Shown piece after piece: positions 1 through 15,664 of a stretch of 64,000 nt of DNA. The notes under the pieces were generated by a model that was not told the origin of the DNA, made no database searches, and worked only from the letters and a program-made list of their open reading frames with translations. Within the stretch, counting starts at the first letter, position 1; the number at the start of each line of letters is the position of its first letter. This DNA is from Eledone cirrhosa (taxonomy: Eukaryota). The stretch lies in assembly GCA_964016885.1 (NCBI GenBank), contig OZ024742.1, positions 278,876,001 to 278,940,000 of the forward strand, written 5' to 3'. Both the position numbers and the translations under genes were made by a program.

Positions 1-274
1 TTGACAATTGTCAAATATTTTTTATTTTGATGTTGCAAAATAGAAATAAAAAAATCAAGACTAAATAAAACTAAGGATTTATATCTATGAAATATTGAAA
101 TAAGTTAACATAAGGCAGATAAACACGTACATATCTCTACGTTGATATATTAGATATATGACCATACATTTTCTGTGTATATATTATTATATATATATGT
201 CCGTCTGTATGAGTGTGCGCACACATACATACTCGTTTCTGTGTCTAACTTTTTATAACTATAAAATAATCTAT

Positions 275-817
<543 letters not shown>

Positions 818-1004
818 AACACATATTTTCACACACTGTAACACAACAACCAGAATATCAGGAAAATAAGTAAGAATTAAATATTATGAGTCCGGAAAAA
901 ATAATTTTCAATTGAAAATTGGAGGTGTAAAAATAGAAAACTATTGAAACACACATACGCACACACATACACACACATTCATACATACATTATGCATACA
1001 CACA

Positions 1005-1044
<40 letters not shown>

Positions 1045-1762
1045 TGTGTGTGTGTTTGTGTGTTTGTGCGTGCGTGCGAGTGTTTGTGTCTGTGTATTGA
1101 AAAAAATGAGTGGAACACCTGAGAACAGTGCCGATATATCATACAATGAAAAAAGACAAAGAAATGAATTAACTTTAATATAATTTGAAATAAATTTGAA
1201 ATTCTGAAAAATAGCAGACATTTTTACCGAAACACCTTGCAAGTAAAATATCGATAGATATTTATCCTTGACAAATATATTTGAGAATATCTGACATTAT
1301 GTACAACAAGAAAACAAAAAGTGCGTTTAGAAGCTTGAATTGTAGAATTTGTTGATGAACAGTTAAGATAATTTACGCTATGTTGTCGTATAACCATTTT
1401 ACGTTTTTGGTTCAAATTTCCCGTAAATCGACTTCTTTTCGAACACCAACTACCGTGAAGATGTGTGTCAATGAAGCATTTTTTTGTAAAAAATTGGTAG
1501 AGCGTAAGTGTAGATTAATGGCGGTGTCTGTTGTGACTCTTCTTAGGTGACCAGGAATATTGTGACATGGTAGGACTAGAGGTACCTATAAAATCACACT
1601 AATCTTTTCCTATATAAAGGAAAGCACAGGGAGATTAAATCTGGTAGTGTCGCAGGGGTGTCAGGCCTTGGTTACTCTAAATCTGGTGGAGCCCATCTCA
1701 CTTCCGGTCTGAATGCAGTCGATGTCTTCCAGTAAACGAGAGGATTAGAGGGAGAAAGGGGC

Positions 1763-1943
<181 letters not shown>

Positions 1944-2389
1944 GTAATTGAAGCCAGTACTGCATAAGAACTTTATTTTTCGAACGCGAATGGATAAAAG
2001 GCAAATGTGACACCGGTGGGATTTGAAATCAAAGCAGAGGGAGCTGGGTTAATACCGAATAATTAATTTAACGTGAACCCTGAACGACTGAACCCATTCA
2101 CAACATTGTGCATCCTTTTGCTTATGTAAACAATCATTAACTGAACATATTCAATGAAGTGATGGGGGCGAGAAGCGTTTTGTACCAGATAGAATCTTCA
2201 TTTTTGTTTCCTTTTAAGTTCTCTGAGATGAGATACAATACCTATCGTAGTATTCTGTGCTAAAATATAATCTCCCACCATTTGTCAACAGAATATCTAC
2301 TACGATGTAATAAAGAAATCTTTATAATACTGCACACATATCCTTCAAATTAACAAGCTATCTTAAATAGTGACCGCAATAGAAATCTA

Positions 2390-2438
<49 letters not shown>

Positions 2439-2440
<2 letters not shown>

Positions 2441-2647
2441 AACGAGTAGGACCCCGACGGCTGAGCTCAGGCCGTTTCGACGGCTAATTCCGGACTTTTT
2501 TTTTTTCTAGTCCAGAATTAGCCGTCGAAATGGCTTGAGCTCAGCGGTCGGGGTCCTACTCGTTCCTATTACCCACTCTACTACCCTAAGTATTGAGTAC
2601 TTTGGTGCGTTATGGTCCATCTGGTTCCTTACCACATTTCCTTTCGT

Positions 2648-2648
<1 letters not shown>
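2439..2648 (+). mobile_element. Non-autonomous fold-back element, family A (3' half of a hammerhead, inverted-duplicated), copy 1
   Basis: Arms ggaacgagtaggaccccgacggctgagctcaggccgtttcgacggctaattc / gaattagccgtcgaaatggcttgagctcagcggtcggggtcctactcgttcc; flanked by (TA)n; four more copies in the window. Confidence 0.8.
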
Positions 2649-2678
<30 letters not shown>

Positions 2679-2759
2679 GTTTGTATATATCTATCATCAT
2701 CCTCATCCTCATCAACGGTTTTAAATCTGTTTTTTAACGCTTGCATGTGTTGCACTGGT

Positions 2760-3000
2760 CGTTCTCATCTCGTCATCTCTCCATTCCTCAAATTCCTTTG
2801 GCAACTTCTCTGTAGGTTTCTGTGATTTTAGGTCAGCTCTCACAATATCTGCCCAGGTCTTTCTTAGTCTATCTCTATCGCTGCTTCCTTCTGTTGGCAT
2901 TTCCTTACAAATCATCATCCAAGCGCATCATATACCCATACCAACGCAGTGTTCTCTCCTACAAACGACCAGGGATTCCTCTTAAACCCATTTTTTTTCC
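2760..3000 (-). mobile_element. RTE-type LINE 3' fragment
   Basis: Minus-strand peptide ...EGSSDRDRLRKTWADIVRADLK resembles the RTE C-terminal GRPRKTW..V..DL motif. Confidence 0.6.
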
Positions 3001-3045
3001 AATTCCGTCCAGCCCGTTACTTCAATCTATCTAATTTCTCATTGT

Positions 3046-3085
3046 TTATTTTGATGAGGGGACTATCGTCCGAAACGTTAAGACC
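3046..3085 (+). ncRNA. Degenerate minimal hammerhead motif (PLE-type remnant)
   Basis: TTGATGA-gg-ggac tatc gtcc-GAAA-cg-TT with core C3 mutated; related degenerate copies near 11665-11690 and 24075-24105. Confidence 0.45.
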
Positions 3086-3187
3086 CGCTTCCTGCTATTT
3101 CAAGCGTTAACCTACTATATTCCTTCCATATACTGTGCCGATTGTGTTGTTATTTCTGTTTAACTTATACATATATATATATATATA

Positions 3188-3296
<109 letters not shown>

Positions 3297-3752
3297 CTGT
3301 ATGTATGTATACATATACATATATATGTACGTATGTATACATATACATATATATGTACGTATGTATGTATATATGTATGGGTGTATATATGTATTCTTAT
3401 ATTTGTTGCTTGCACAAGTGCGTGCAACCTAAAAGAAAATCTGGTGAAATACACTTAAGTGGTTTATCAGTTTTGAGCATATAGATACTACCTATGAAAT
3501 GTGGTATGACTTTTTTCGACACCTATTTATACTCACCATGGGGTCATGAATTTAGATTGTGAGCGCCACTGTCAAACCAATGATAATTATCACTTGCATC
3601 ATCTTCACTATAACATAATATTATCACCATCACATCATACCTCATTATAATTGCGTAAGTCTAGAAATGCACACATAAACACACACATACAGAGGCTTCA
3701 TTGTATAATTGTATATTTACACACATACACACACAGACACACGCACACACAA

Positions 3753-3791
<39 letters not shown>

Positions 3792-3850
3792 CTCACATGT
3801 CTGTATATATATATATATATATATGTATATTTTTAAATATATATTTATAC

Positions 3851-3955
<105 letters not shown>

Positions 3956-4389
3956 TGTGTGTGTGTGAGAGAGAAAGAGAGAGAAAGTGTGAGTGTGCGT
4001 GTGTTTTTTTAGTTGTGCTGTGCATAAAAATATATATCATATAGAGAGATAGACAGAAAAATATCAGGAGAGAAAAAGTTTAAATTTAAAAATTTAAAGT
4101 TAAAAAAACGATAAAATGGTGGAATGACAGATTGAGTGTAAAATAAGAAATCCGATGTAAACATAACACAATAAAAGTCAATATCTGTTGACTTGATGAT
4201 CCTGCGAAGATGCGATTGAATGCGTGTGTTCTATTATGTGTTATATGTTACGTGTTATCTATATACACCTAGATTTGGGGGGATATGTCTGTATAGAAAG
4301 GCTGCTGTTTTCATGTGTGTATGTGCTTCGGTGGGGTTGCATGCGTGTGACTGAATATATATACAGGGTGTTCCAAATATTTATACAAA

Positions 4390-4660
4390 CTTTCATTACC
4401 CAAGATTCGTGACCATAGGTAATGGCTGGCACAAATATCGAATTGAAGATAACGAATTTGGCCTTTACACCTACCTTCCTTGTTCCGATGACGAAATGCT
4501 GAAGCTGGCACTGTCGTCCACTAGCTCCAGCAATTATTGCACTTAACTCAACCTTTTGCCTTCTATCATTCCTCAACATGATTCCAAGACACTTGAATTT
4601 CTCCATCTTCTTCTGTGGAACTCCATTCACATGCAGAGTGCATTTCACATGGTTCTTGAA
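4390..4660 (-). mobile_element. RTE-type LINE reverse transcriptase fragment
   Basis: ORF 4259-4648: EKFKCLG...KAKFVIFNSIFVPAITYGHESW, typical of the RT thumb region of RTE elements. Confidence 0.75.
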
Positions 4661-5511
4661 AGGACGGCTGACTCCTTACAGCACTTATAGAGACTTACAT
4701 ATTTTGTTATATAAAATACTTGTACTTCTATCATTTGGCTCCTCAGTCTAATCATAATCGTTTGTGTGCTTTGTATGTCCTGATGTATTTAGAAAATTCA
4801 TTCACATGTGTAGTACACGTCAAGTTGACTACAAGGAATTGGTCATTTTGTAACTGTGAATTATGTATGTCTACGTAGATGACAAATATAATCAGTATTT
4901 GTCAAGTATATTCGGTCCGATACACATCATACAAACTGATGTACAGAGAGCGCCACATGTTAGCCTTCCTTAGCTATACACCTAATGCTAGCCCATTCTG
5001 CAGAATCTTCTGCAGACAGTCTTATACTATTAGACATACTTGCACTCCACTAGTTTCTATCTAATGCCAAGACCTCCCATCGAGATGGGTCAATTTTGCA
5101 CTCTATTAAAGAATGTTTCAAAGAAAGAAAAGGAAAATATACATATATGCATACATTTAACATATACAACGCGTACACACACACACATATACAAACTCGT
5201 AGACATGCATATATTTCTAAAAGTGTATATATATATATATATATCATATGATTTCTTGAAATCTTAAAAGCTTAAAAGCTTAATATCCTAAATGTTATAA
5301 CTTGTGATGTATGCATGTATGAATGCATGTGTATATATATACACACACACACACATATGTATGGCTATCTGTGTATGTCTATATGTATGTGCACATATAT
5401 ATGCATGTACATATACCTACTCACATCCACAACACGTATATATATATATACACAACACAAAATCGTCTAAATATATACATATTGATATATGTAAGTATGT
5501 GTATGTATATG

Positions 5512-5596
<85 letters not shown>

Positions 5597-6659
5597 ATAA
5601 GCACACAAACAGCTACATCCACTTACACGTACGTACGCCCACAAATATACACATATAATTTATCACCGATATTATTTAATCTCTTCTACTATTTTAATTT
5701 GTAGTATAGTTTACGAAACGAATAAGCCGCCATCTTGTATTTAGGTGTTAAGTAGAGAAGGAGCTCTCCATGCGGAGCGTAGAAGATAGACATGAAAGAA
5801 CTAGTAACTTAATTACTTTTAACATGCATTTCTATGTAATTCGAAGGTTATGCGTTCTATTTCCACTTGGATGGATGGATGGCCATTATCATAATTCTTT
5901 CTTTGGGTTTGTATAATGTATATTGACGTACTAGTCTCTTTCCTCACGTAGCAGTGTTTCGTTGCCAACTATAATTTTCACTCTAGCTGCCTCATTGCAC
6001 TTTCATATAAATTGGTAATCTGGAACGACTGACCATGGAGCTTAGAGATATTGTAAAAGCTTCAACTACGTATTCAGATTTAATTAACACGTGCTTGTTC
6101 TTGTTGATCTTTTTGATGCTGTTGTTGTTACTGGTGGTGATATTGGTGGTTTGTTAGTTGTTGCTGGTGGTGATCTGGTTGTTGTTATTGTTGGCGTTAA
6201 TATAGTTTTTTGTTGTTGTTGATGATGCTGCTATTTAGCCTCTGATCACTGATGATCGAGAATATTCATGTTCAAAGGTGCTACAGTTATGAATGAATAT
6301 ATACACACGGATATATATCAATGTGCAGTCTACAGACTCCTGGTATTGATGATATTTTTAATTTAATTAAAAATACCCATTAACCAGGTGAGCAGTGGTT
6401 AGTCAAACCATGGATTAACAGGATTTCTCCCCACAGGTGGTTTTTCCACTAGTAATAAAACACAGAGAAAATAACATCACGATGTTATTCTAAAATACAA
6501 TTGTATAATTAGTAGCTCAATGAGATTGGAACTGAAACCAGATGATTGCGTATAAGCTAGTTTCCTTATCACGCGATCACGTCTGTGCACTGTGAATATT
6601 TCATACAAAGAACATAGACAAAATAACATCATGATGCGACGATGAAGGAGATAAGATAC

Positions 6660-7130
6660 TGGGAGAAGCTAAAAACTGAAACTCTACTCCCTGGAACGAA
6701 GACGGGAGAGATACGGAGTGATATACATGTGCAAAATCCTGGAGGGACTAGCACTAAACTTTGGCGTTGTGAGTTGGACCAACCCCTGAACAGAACGTCA
6801 CTATGTGGAGCGAAGGGTCCCGTCCTCCAATCTAGTATAAGGAGCAGATATTGTAATAGCTTGGGTTTCAAAAGCACTCAACACTTGAACAAGCTGCCAA
6901 GGGATTTGAGAGATCTGCACAATGTGGACGTGGATGTTCTCAAGAAACACCTCGAGACCCTGCTATCCAGGATCCCGGATGAGCCCACAGCACTGTACGA
7001 AAGTAACTTAAGGGCAGCAGCAACGAACTCCCTCTTGCACCAATGGCCAGCCAACACAGCCTGAATATAAAATGTGTAGCAACAAGGGCGGTGGCCAGCA
7101 TGGCCTCAGCCGAATGGCTGGAACAGGTAA
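6660..7130 (+). mobile_element. CR1-like LINE 3' fragment
   Basis: ORF 6642-7064: SRYCNSLGFK...NKLPRDLRDL..VDVLKKHLETLLSRIPDEP...AATNSLL, a CR1-type C-terminus. Confidence 0.7.
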
Positions 7131-7559
7131 AAGAGTAAATGAGTAAAAGTTCTATAATTTGGAAAAGCATATAGCCGATTATCTCAACACAGCTACTTCA
7201 TTGATACACTATATTATCCTCATTGGAATGATGGAAAACAAAGTTGACATTGGTGGAATTTGAACTGAGCCTGCTAATTATTCCTGTCGATGGTTCAACG
7301 ATTCTGAGCTAACAGACAAATATGTGAAAACTCCTTACTCACACTTTATTCTCACATCGTACATTATTATAAAAACGTTACATCTGACTATGATAGTTGT
7401 CAGTTCAATCCAAAGTTTAACCAACATTAAATTAAATTTGATTTCAAGTTGTATATTTATTAATAAACACACACACATACACATACGCACATACACGGAC
7501 ACAAACACACATACACACACGTACATACTCACGTATATATATATATATATTTATATATG

Positions 7560-7601
<42 letters not shown>

Positions 7602-7728
7602 GTTGCGTGTGTGTGTCAGTGTACATATGTAAGGTAAGGTGATATAAATATGAGTATATATATATATATATACATCTGCATACAATTACATACATACATA
7701 TATATCCACACACACACACACACACACT

Positions 7729-7788
<60 letters not shown>

Positions 7789-7943
7789 TATATATATATA
7801 CACACATTATATATATCTATATATATATATGTGTGTGTGTGTGTGTATGTGCATGTATACATTTCTGTGTATGTATAACTGTATGTTTGTATGCATATTT
7901 ACACATACATTTCTGAATATTTCTTGTTGATTCTGGTTCTGCT

Positions 7944-7949
7944 GTAGTA

Positions 7950-8026
<77 letters not shown>

Positions 8027-8204
8027 GAGTAGTAGTAGAAATGGTTCTTACTGTTAGTTATTTTTACTGTTATATTTGATCTTGTTTTTTGTAATTGTAA
8101 ATATTAATGTCGTGTCTGTGTTGTGGTTTCTTCTTCTTCTTCTTCTTCTTCTTCTTCTTCTTCTTCTTCTTCTTCTTCTTCTTCTTCTTCTTCTTCTTCT
8201 TCTT
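7944..8204. repeat. (TAG)n and (TTC)n microsatellites
   Basis: Directly visible. Confidence 0.95.
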
Positions 8205-8573
8205 TTGATCTCTATATATGTCAATACACAATAAAATATGATTAAATAAGTAATATTTGGGAGGGATATATTGGTTTCTATATTTTTATGTGTGTTTCGA
8301 CTTGAGCTGTTTTGTGTCCTTGTTGATGATGTTGAAGACGGCGATACAGACTTCACTGTTGTTATTGTCGTTATTATTGTTAGTATGTCTGTGGTCGTAC
8401 TTGATGATGTAGGCACCAGCGTCGTCGTTATTGACAGTGTTGTTATTTATGGTGTTTATGTTGCTGTTATTATTGTTGTTTCTCCTGAGTCTCTTTCTAA
8501 CTATACTTCTGTGAATTACGTTTGCTTTCTTTCTTAGAAAAGAAGAAGAAAAGAAAGGTGGGGAGGAAGTGTA

Positions 8574-8698
8574 GAAGAAGTAGAAGAAGAAGAAGAAGAA
8601 GAAGAAGAAGAAGAAGAAGAAGAAGAAGAAGAAGAAGAAGAAGAAGAAGAAGAAGAAGAAGAAGAAGAAGAAGAAGAAGAAGAAGAAGAAGAAGAAGG
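8574..8698. repeat. (AAG)n microsatellite
   Basis: Directly visible. Confidence 0.95.
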
Positions 8699-9848
8699 GG
8701 AGGAGGATGTTTAGGGGGATTGTGGAGGAGAAGGTGGCGCTGTAGAAGAAGGTGGGTGACAATAACAATATTTTTCCTGTAATAATTCTTCCTATAAAAT
8801 TGAATAAAATGTATTTTAATATGATTTTAAAACAAATTGAAAATTCACTTCTAGAAAGCCAAACTTAAATTCTAAGAGATATCAAATAGGAATTATCAAA
8901 TATGAAATATGAAATATGAAATATTAAATATGAAATATGAGATATGAATTATGAAATGTGAGATCCGAAATAGGAGAATATTTTCAAGGAAATTTATAAT
9001 TTTAATATATTTTGTTGTCGTTGAGGTTGTTATTTTAACTGTCAGCGCTGCGTGACTAAATCGTTAACGAGTTAGCTTTACAATCATTAGATCTTAAATT
9101 CAATCCCACAGTGTAGCATTATGGGCAAGTGTCACTTACCATGCTTGATGAGGTAAGTAAAACTGTTTGGACGCCCGTTAATTGGATTGTACTAGTAATT
9201 GAAAAGACGAAACTTGACACACAATGTCACACTGAATCTACAGGAGTATTACATGAAGATCTATTGATTGCTCGGCCACGAGCACGTTCATTTCATAACA
9301 GGCCATTCCGTAGAACGAACTGCAGGAATAATTCCTGTCGAAAAAGGCGGAGGTCCATTCGTTTATTTTTTTAAGACTATAATATTAAATTATGTGTTTA
9401 TAAAATGAAGTACTACACTGTTCTTGTGTTTAAATTGAAAACTATGAGTTTGGCGGAGAGGGGGAAAATTCAATGTTCTGTATTCAATCCCACCGTGGGT
9501 CACTAGGATGGCCGATATAATCGGATCAAACGATTAACAAGAGATCTCTTAATAAGAGATCCTGGAATTTGTCTTCCTCTAGATAATCCACTTTGTTGCA
9601 AGTCTTCCAAACATGATTGAGATTTATGGATGGCATTTTTTCCATCCTATCTGACACTGATGCCAGGAAAAGAGCTATGGCATTTACCTTTCAGTGCTAA
9701 CTAAGTCATTTCATAACATTCATGGATACAGGCGGATATTAAAGAAAAAAAGCAAAAATGCAGCACGTATACTGCAACGCTGCGAGGTTTTCCTCAATTT
9801 ACATCCACTGGATTGGTACCCAATCACTTTTTCACCTCTAATAATCTA

Positions 9849-9886
<38 letters not shown>

Positions 9887-9889
<3 letters not shown>

Positions 9890-11062
9890 AAATTAAGATA
9901 AATCAAAATGAATTTAATCTAAATCAAAATTATGGGTGTCATGCCAGAAAGGCATGCGCCATATCACCCGTAAAATAAGCTCTATGATTCTAATGAATAA
10001 GTCCGAGCATTTTATAACAACTAGAAATTGATTAACATATAAATAAACATATGAAACAATCACAGGGGGTAATTTTTACAAGTGTGCAAGCACACATAAC
10101 TAGGTAGGTGACTAATTAAAGTTAACTAGAACTTCAAAAATAGATACCTTATAATATGATTAATCTTCCTTGTATATATTCCATTAAAGAAATATATTTC
10201 ACCAATTAATCGATTGTTAAACGACGCTGATTTGAACTTAATGCGTAAACACAGATCGCTAAACTTCTTCCTTGTTGAGAATCCAAGTACCGGCCTCCGT
10301 CGTTTACCTATCGATTAATTGGTGAAATATATTTCTTTAATGGAATATATACAGGGAAGATTAATCATATTATAAGGTATCTATTTTTGAAGTTCTAGTT
10401 AACTTTATTTAGTTACCTACCTAGCAATGTGTGCTTGCACACTTGTAAAAATTAACCCCTGTGATTGTTTCATATGTTTATTTATATGTTAATCAATTTC
10501 TAGTTGTTATAAAATGCTCGGACCTATTAATTAGAATCTTAGAGCTTATTTTACAGGTGATATGGCGCATGACACCCATAATTTTGATTTAGATTAAATT
10601 CATTTTTATTTATCTTAATTTTGTATATATATATATAAATACGGCTCCTTAATTGTAGAGCTAACTCTATTGAAAGGACTTAACTGATGTTTCTAGTTGT
10701 AGATAGCCCTATTCACGCCACTGGGACGAAGCTGGTATGATGTGTGTATTTTTAGCAGATACAGCACGTGTTACTGGCCAGTCGCTGATTTGAACTTAAT
10801 GCGTAAACACAGATCGCTGGACTTCTTCCTTGTTGAGAATCCAAGTACCGGCCTCCGTCGTTTACCAATCGATTAATTGGTGAAATATATTTCTTTAATG
10901 GAATATATACAGGGAAGTTTAATCATATTATAAGGTATCTATTTTGAAGGTCTAGTTAACATTATTTAGTTACCTACCTAGCTATGTGTGCTTGCACACT
11001 TGTAAAAATTATCCCCTGTGATTGTTTCATATGTTTATTTATATGTTAATCAATCTAGTTGT
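9887..11062. mobile_element. Fold-back element (9887-10228 inverted against about 10298-10624) plus a further direct copy (about 10783-11062)
   Basis: About 330-bp arms are reverse complements; third copy repeats ctgatttgaacttaatgcg...caatctagtt; bounded by (TA)n. PLE-like architecture inferred. Confidence 0.75.
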
Positions 11063-11216
11063 TATATATATATATATATTATATATATATTAGTTTTAAG
11101 TGCTAAGTATTTCCGTAGGAAAGGTAAGGGAAAGAAGTAAGTATGCTTTATGTATAGTACAGAGATATTTAATTACCTAATAAACAACACAATATAATTA
11201 TTCCATTACCAAAGTT

Positions 11217-11304
<88 letters not shown>

Positions 11305-11306
<2 letters not shown>

Positions 11307-11500
11307 GAAACAGTACAAGACCCCGACAGCAGAGCTCAATCCGTTACGATGGTTATTTCTGGACTGAAATAGCCGTCGAGACGGCTTGAGCCCTGCTGTC
11401 GGGGTCTTGAACATTTTCCCATTACCCACTCACTTACCCTAAGTATTGAGTACTCTGGTGCGTTATGGTCTATCTGGTTCCTTACCACACTTCCTTCGTT
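11305..11500 (+). mobile_element. Family A fold-back element, copy 2
   Basis: Same arms and 3' tail (gtattgagtactctggtgcgttatggtc...cttcgtt) between (TA)n. Confidence 0.8.
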
Positions 11501-11789
11501 ATATATATGTATATATATATATATTTACATATAAATATATAAATGAGAATTAAGGTTTACTATTCTAATGTAAGTTAATTACGATTACGTTCTTACGACA
11601 TGTCTTATGTATTTGCAGGATATTGAATATACTGTCTCAATAATATCATCGTGTATAAGCGACCGAAATGAGGTTCGTCCGAAACGTCTTTGGACTATCG
11701 TTCCTAGCTAGTGTGCGTACAGAGACACTCCAGGTAAAGCTGTTATTTCTCCGAATTTAGAGGTCACAGCTCCGATATTAACGACATGT

Positions 11790-12034
11790 GGTTAAAATAT
11801 CTCAAGTAAGAATTGCTGGACAGATTATACGGGAAAAATAACCGACAGGAGACCCAGAGTAGACCTGGGAAAGGTGGTTGGACATAATTCAACATCAGCT
11901 CGACTGGTCTCGCTTGGGGCTTCAGTAGAATCGATTGGAGATGGCTGCTTCAGACAGGATCCGGTAGAAGGAGTCCATCATGTCTCGGCCCTCCCTCACA
12001 GAAATAAGTGGGTGAGAAGAAGAAGAAGAAGAAG

Positions 12035-12063
<29 letters not shown>
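11790..12063 (+). mobile_element. RTE-like LINE 3' end with (AAG)n tail
   Basis: Decayed coding for ..RPR..RWLDIIQHQLDWSRLG..AASDR.. immediately followed by (AAG)n. Confidence 0.5.
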
Positions 12064-12065
<2 letters not shown>

Positions 12066-12148
12066 TATTGAACAGTAAGGTCAATATTACTGCGTATCGA
12101 TCTAAATTACTATTGTATATACATTGCGTACATGTATATATGTATATA

Positions 12149-12228
<80 letters not shown>

Positions 12229-12776
12229 TGCGTGTGTGTGCGTGTGCGTATGTGTCTGTGTGTATTTGTGTGTGTGTGTATATATTTGTATAAATAAATA
12301 TGTATGTGTGGAGAGGTTTGTTTATTGTGAATTTGTGTAATTAATCCAATAATCAGTACTATTACAGAAAACACCTAGAATTAGTGAGTTTAAACAAGTG
12401 TAAAACAGAACGAATTGGTTTGTTGTGAGGAAGAAGGAGATGATTACATTCATGCCTTAGATTTTCTGGTAATATTGTGTTTTGCCATAAATAAAATCCG
12501 TTTGCTGACTAAACAGTTTCTGAAACATTGGATTTTAATCTTGCTTTAATTTTAAGTTGTTTATACTCTAAACCTAAGGCAGTGATTCGGCATTGTCGAT
12601 AGAACAGATTACTGATGGACAGATGATGTAACACATAGGCACATGGACATATACACATACACACATATGGAAGTCTGTTTATGAGCATGTATGTGCATGT
12701 ATATCTATATGGGTGTCTAAATGTAATTATTTGTAAGCATTCCCCATTTCGCTGCACACTAGTCAGTAAATTGTCG

Positions 12777-12842
<66 letters not shown>

Positions 12843-12922
12843 ATAATTACTCACTTATTTCCTTTACCTTTTCTACAAATATATATGTATATGTATATAC
12901 AATGTGTGTATATACAGTATAT

Positions 12923-13007
<85 letters not shown>

Positions 13008-13048
13008 GCGTGTGTGTGTGTGTGTGTCTCTGTCTCTGTCTATATGTA

Positions 13049-13089
<41 letters not shown>

Positions 13090-13156
13090 TGTATAGAAAT
13101 ATATATGCTTGAATATATAAATGGAGTAACATTTGTCGCGTATTAATACAGTACAA

Positions 13157-13259
<103 letters not shown>

Positions 13260-13750
13260 ACTCTCTCTATCTCTATCTCTCTCTCCCTCTCTCTATCTCT
13301 CTCTGTGTCTTCATGTCTCCTCATTTTTTCTTTCTTTCTTCCCCTGTGAGACATAAATAATGCATACTAACATGAACATATGTGCATATGTGCGTATATT
13401 TAAGTACACGCATACATACATACAAGCATTCATGCATACATATATACATACATACAAGCATACATATATATACATACATATATACATAAATACATACAAT
13501 TATACATATGTCGATATTCAATATCAGGAAGGGCATTTCCAAAATATCAGAGAAGTAATAAAATCTACATATCCACCATGTAAGATTAGAACGGTTTAAG
13601 AGATTCACAACGGCACCACCATATTAGGCCTGTTCTTCAAACGATGCCATTCATAGAAATGCCAAATGATCAATTATAATGTAAGCATAGCGATAGCGGG
13701 CCAATACAATGGCAGCATATATATATATATATATGGATGAGTGTGTCTAC

Positions 13751-13781
<31 letters not shown>

Positions 13782-14019
13782 CAAACATATATATGTGCGT
13801 ATATATATATATATATATATATTTATAATATATATATATATATATATATATTATAAATATATATATATATATATATACGCACATATATATGTTTGTATAT
13901 ATATATATATATATATATATATGTAGACACACTCATCCATACACACACAGACACATATGTATAACTATATATACAAACATAAGAGTATGCATGTATCTAT
14001 CTATCTTTCTCTCTCTCTT

Positions 14020-14104
<85 letters not shown>

Positions 14105-14282
14105 ATATATACATATATATATTTGTGTCCTGAGAAAAATATGTATTAACGTATGTGTTTGCAGATGTTTTCTTCAACACACACAAACATATGGATATAT
14201 TCACCAATTTACAGCCTCCATTGTACAGAATACATAGGTGTATATTATGGTGCAAAGACAGCCAGCTATAAATGTAAGCGTA

Positions 14283-14786
<504 letters not shown>

Positions 14787-15556
14787 TATATACATATATA
14801 TATATACATTTATTCATTTATATATGTACACATATATATGTATATAAATGTATATACATATGCATCTGTGTTAGTGTGTGTGAGTGTGCCAGTGTGTGTG
14901 TGTCTTTGTGGGAGTGTGTGTGCGTGTGTTTTTATGTGTATTTTCACTTTGTACATACCAACGTGTATCTGCATACATTACGGAAGGATGGTCCTGAACG
15001 CTCAAACAAAATGATATATTAGTAAGCCGACATCTGTGCATTAGGTTGCATAATAAAGCTCCTCCGTCAGACTGTGGTTTTCTTCATGCATGTGACCTTT
15101 TAACAAGTGTCTGCACAGCATGTATGTCAGAGCAAAAACAATATTGGTATAATAGCAATGTCACACGCAAGGACACACCTCTCAACACTAGCTTCAAGGG
15201 CCAGCCTTCTTTGGTCTTATATGAATTATCGAATAAATATTTATGCTCTTTAACCCTTAACTTCGTTGAAAAACCTTGTCCTTAGTGCAATATTTCATAT
15301 ATATATATGTGTGTGTGTGTGTGAGAGTGTGTGTATACGTTTATTTGTGTGTGTATTACGTGCATGTGTATATCTTTGTTTTATATAGATATATAAAGTT
15401 ATGCCTGTGCATGTGTTTATGTATATATTTATCTGTATAAATATATATGTATATATAATATACATATAATTTCATATAATTTGGTGTCAGTTTTCAAACC
15501 ACATATAACGCTCTTAGTCATTCTCAGCTCTGTGAAATGGTGTTACATTAAATGAA

Positions 15557-15625
15557 CTAGCAGAAAAACTACCCTTCGGGTGGTTTTCAGCTAGCATGCG
15601 TGGTGTGTATATTGATATTATACAC

Positions 15626-15664
<39 letters not shown>

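Noticed and set aside
4360-4400. TA-cagggtgttcc as a Tc1/mariner TIR
   Set aside because: No matching opposite TIR found nearby.
8054-8768. Ser/Thr- or Val-rich ORFs
   Set aside because: Low-complexity trinucleotide-derived sequence between (TTC)n and (AAG)n; no domain or splice evidence.
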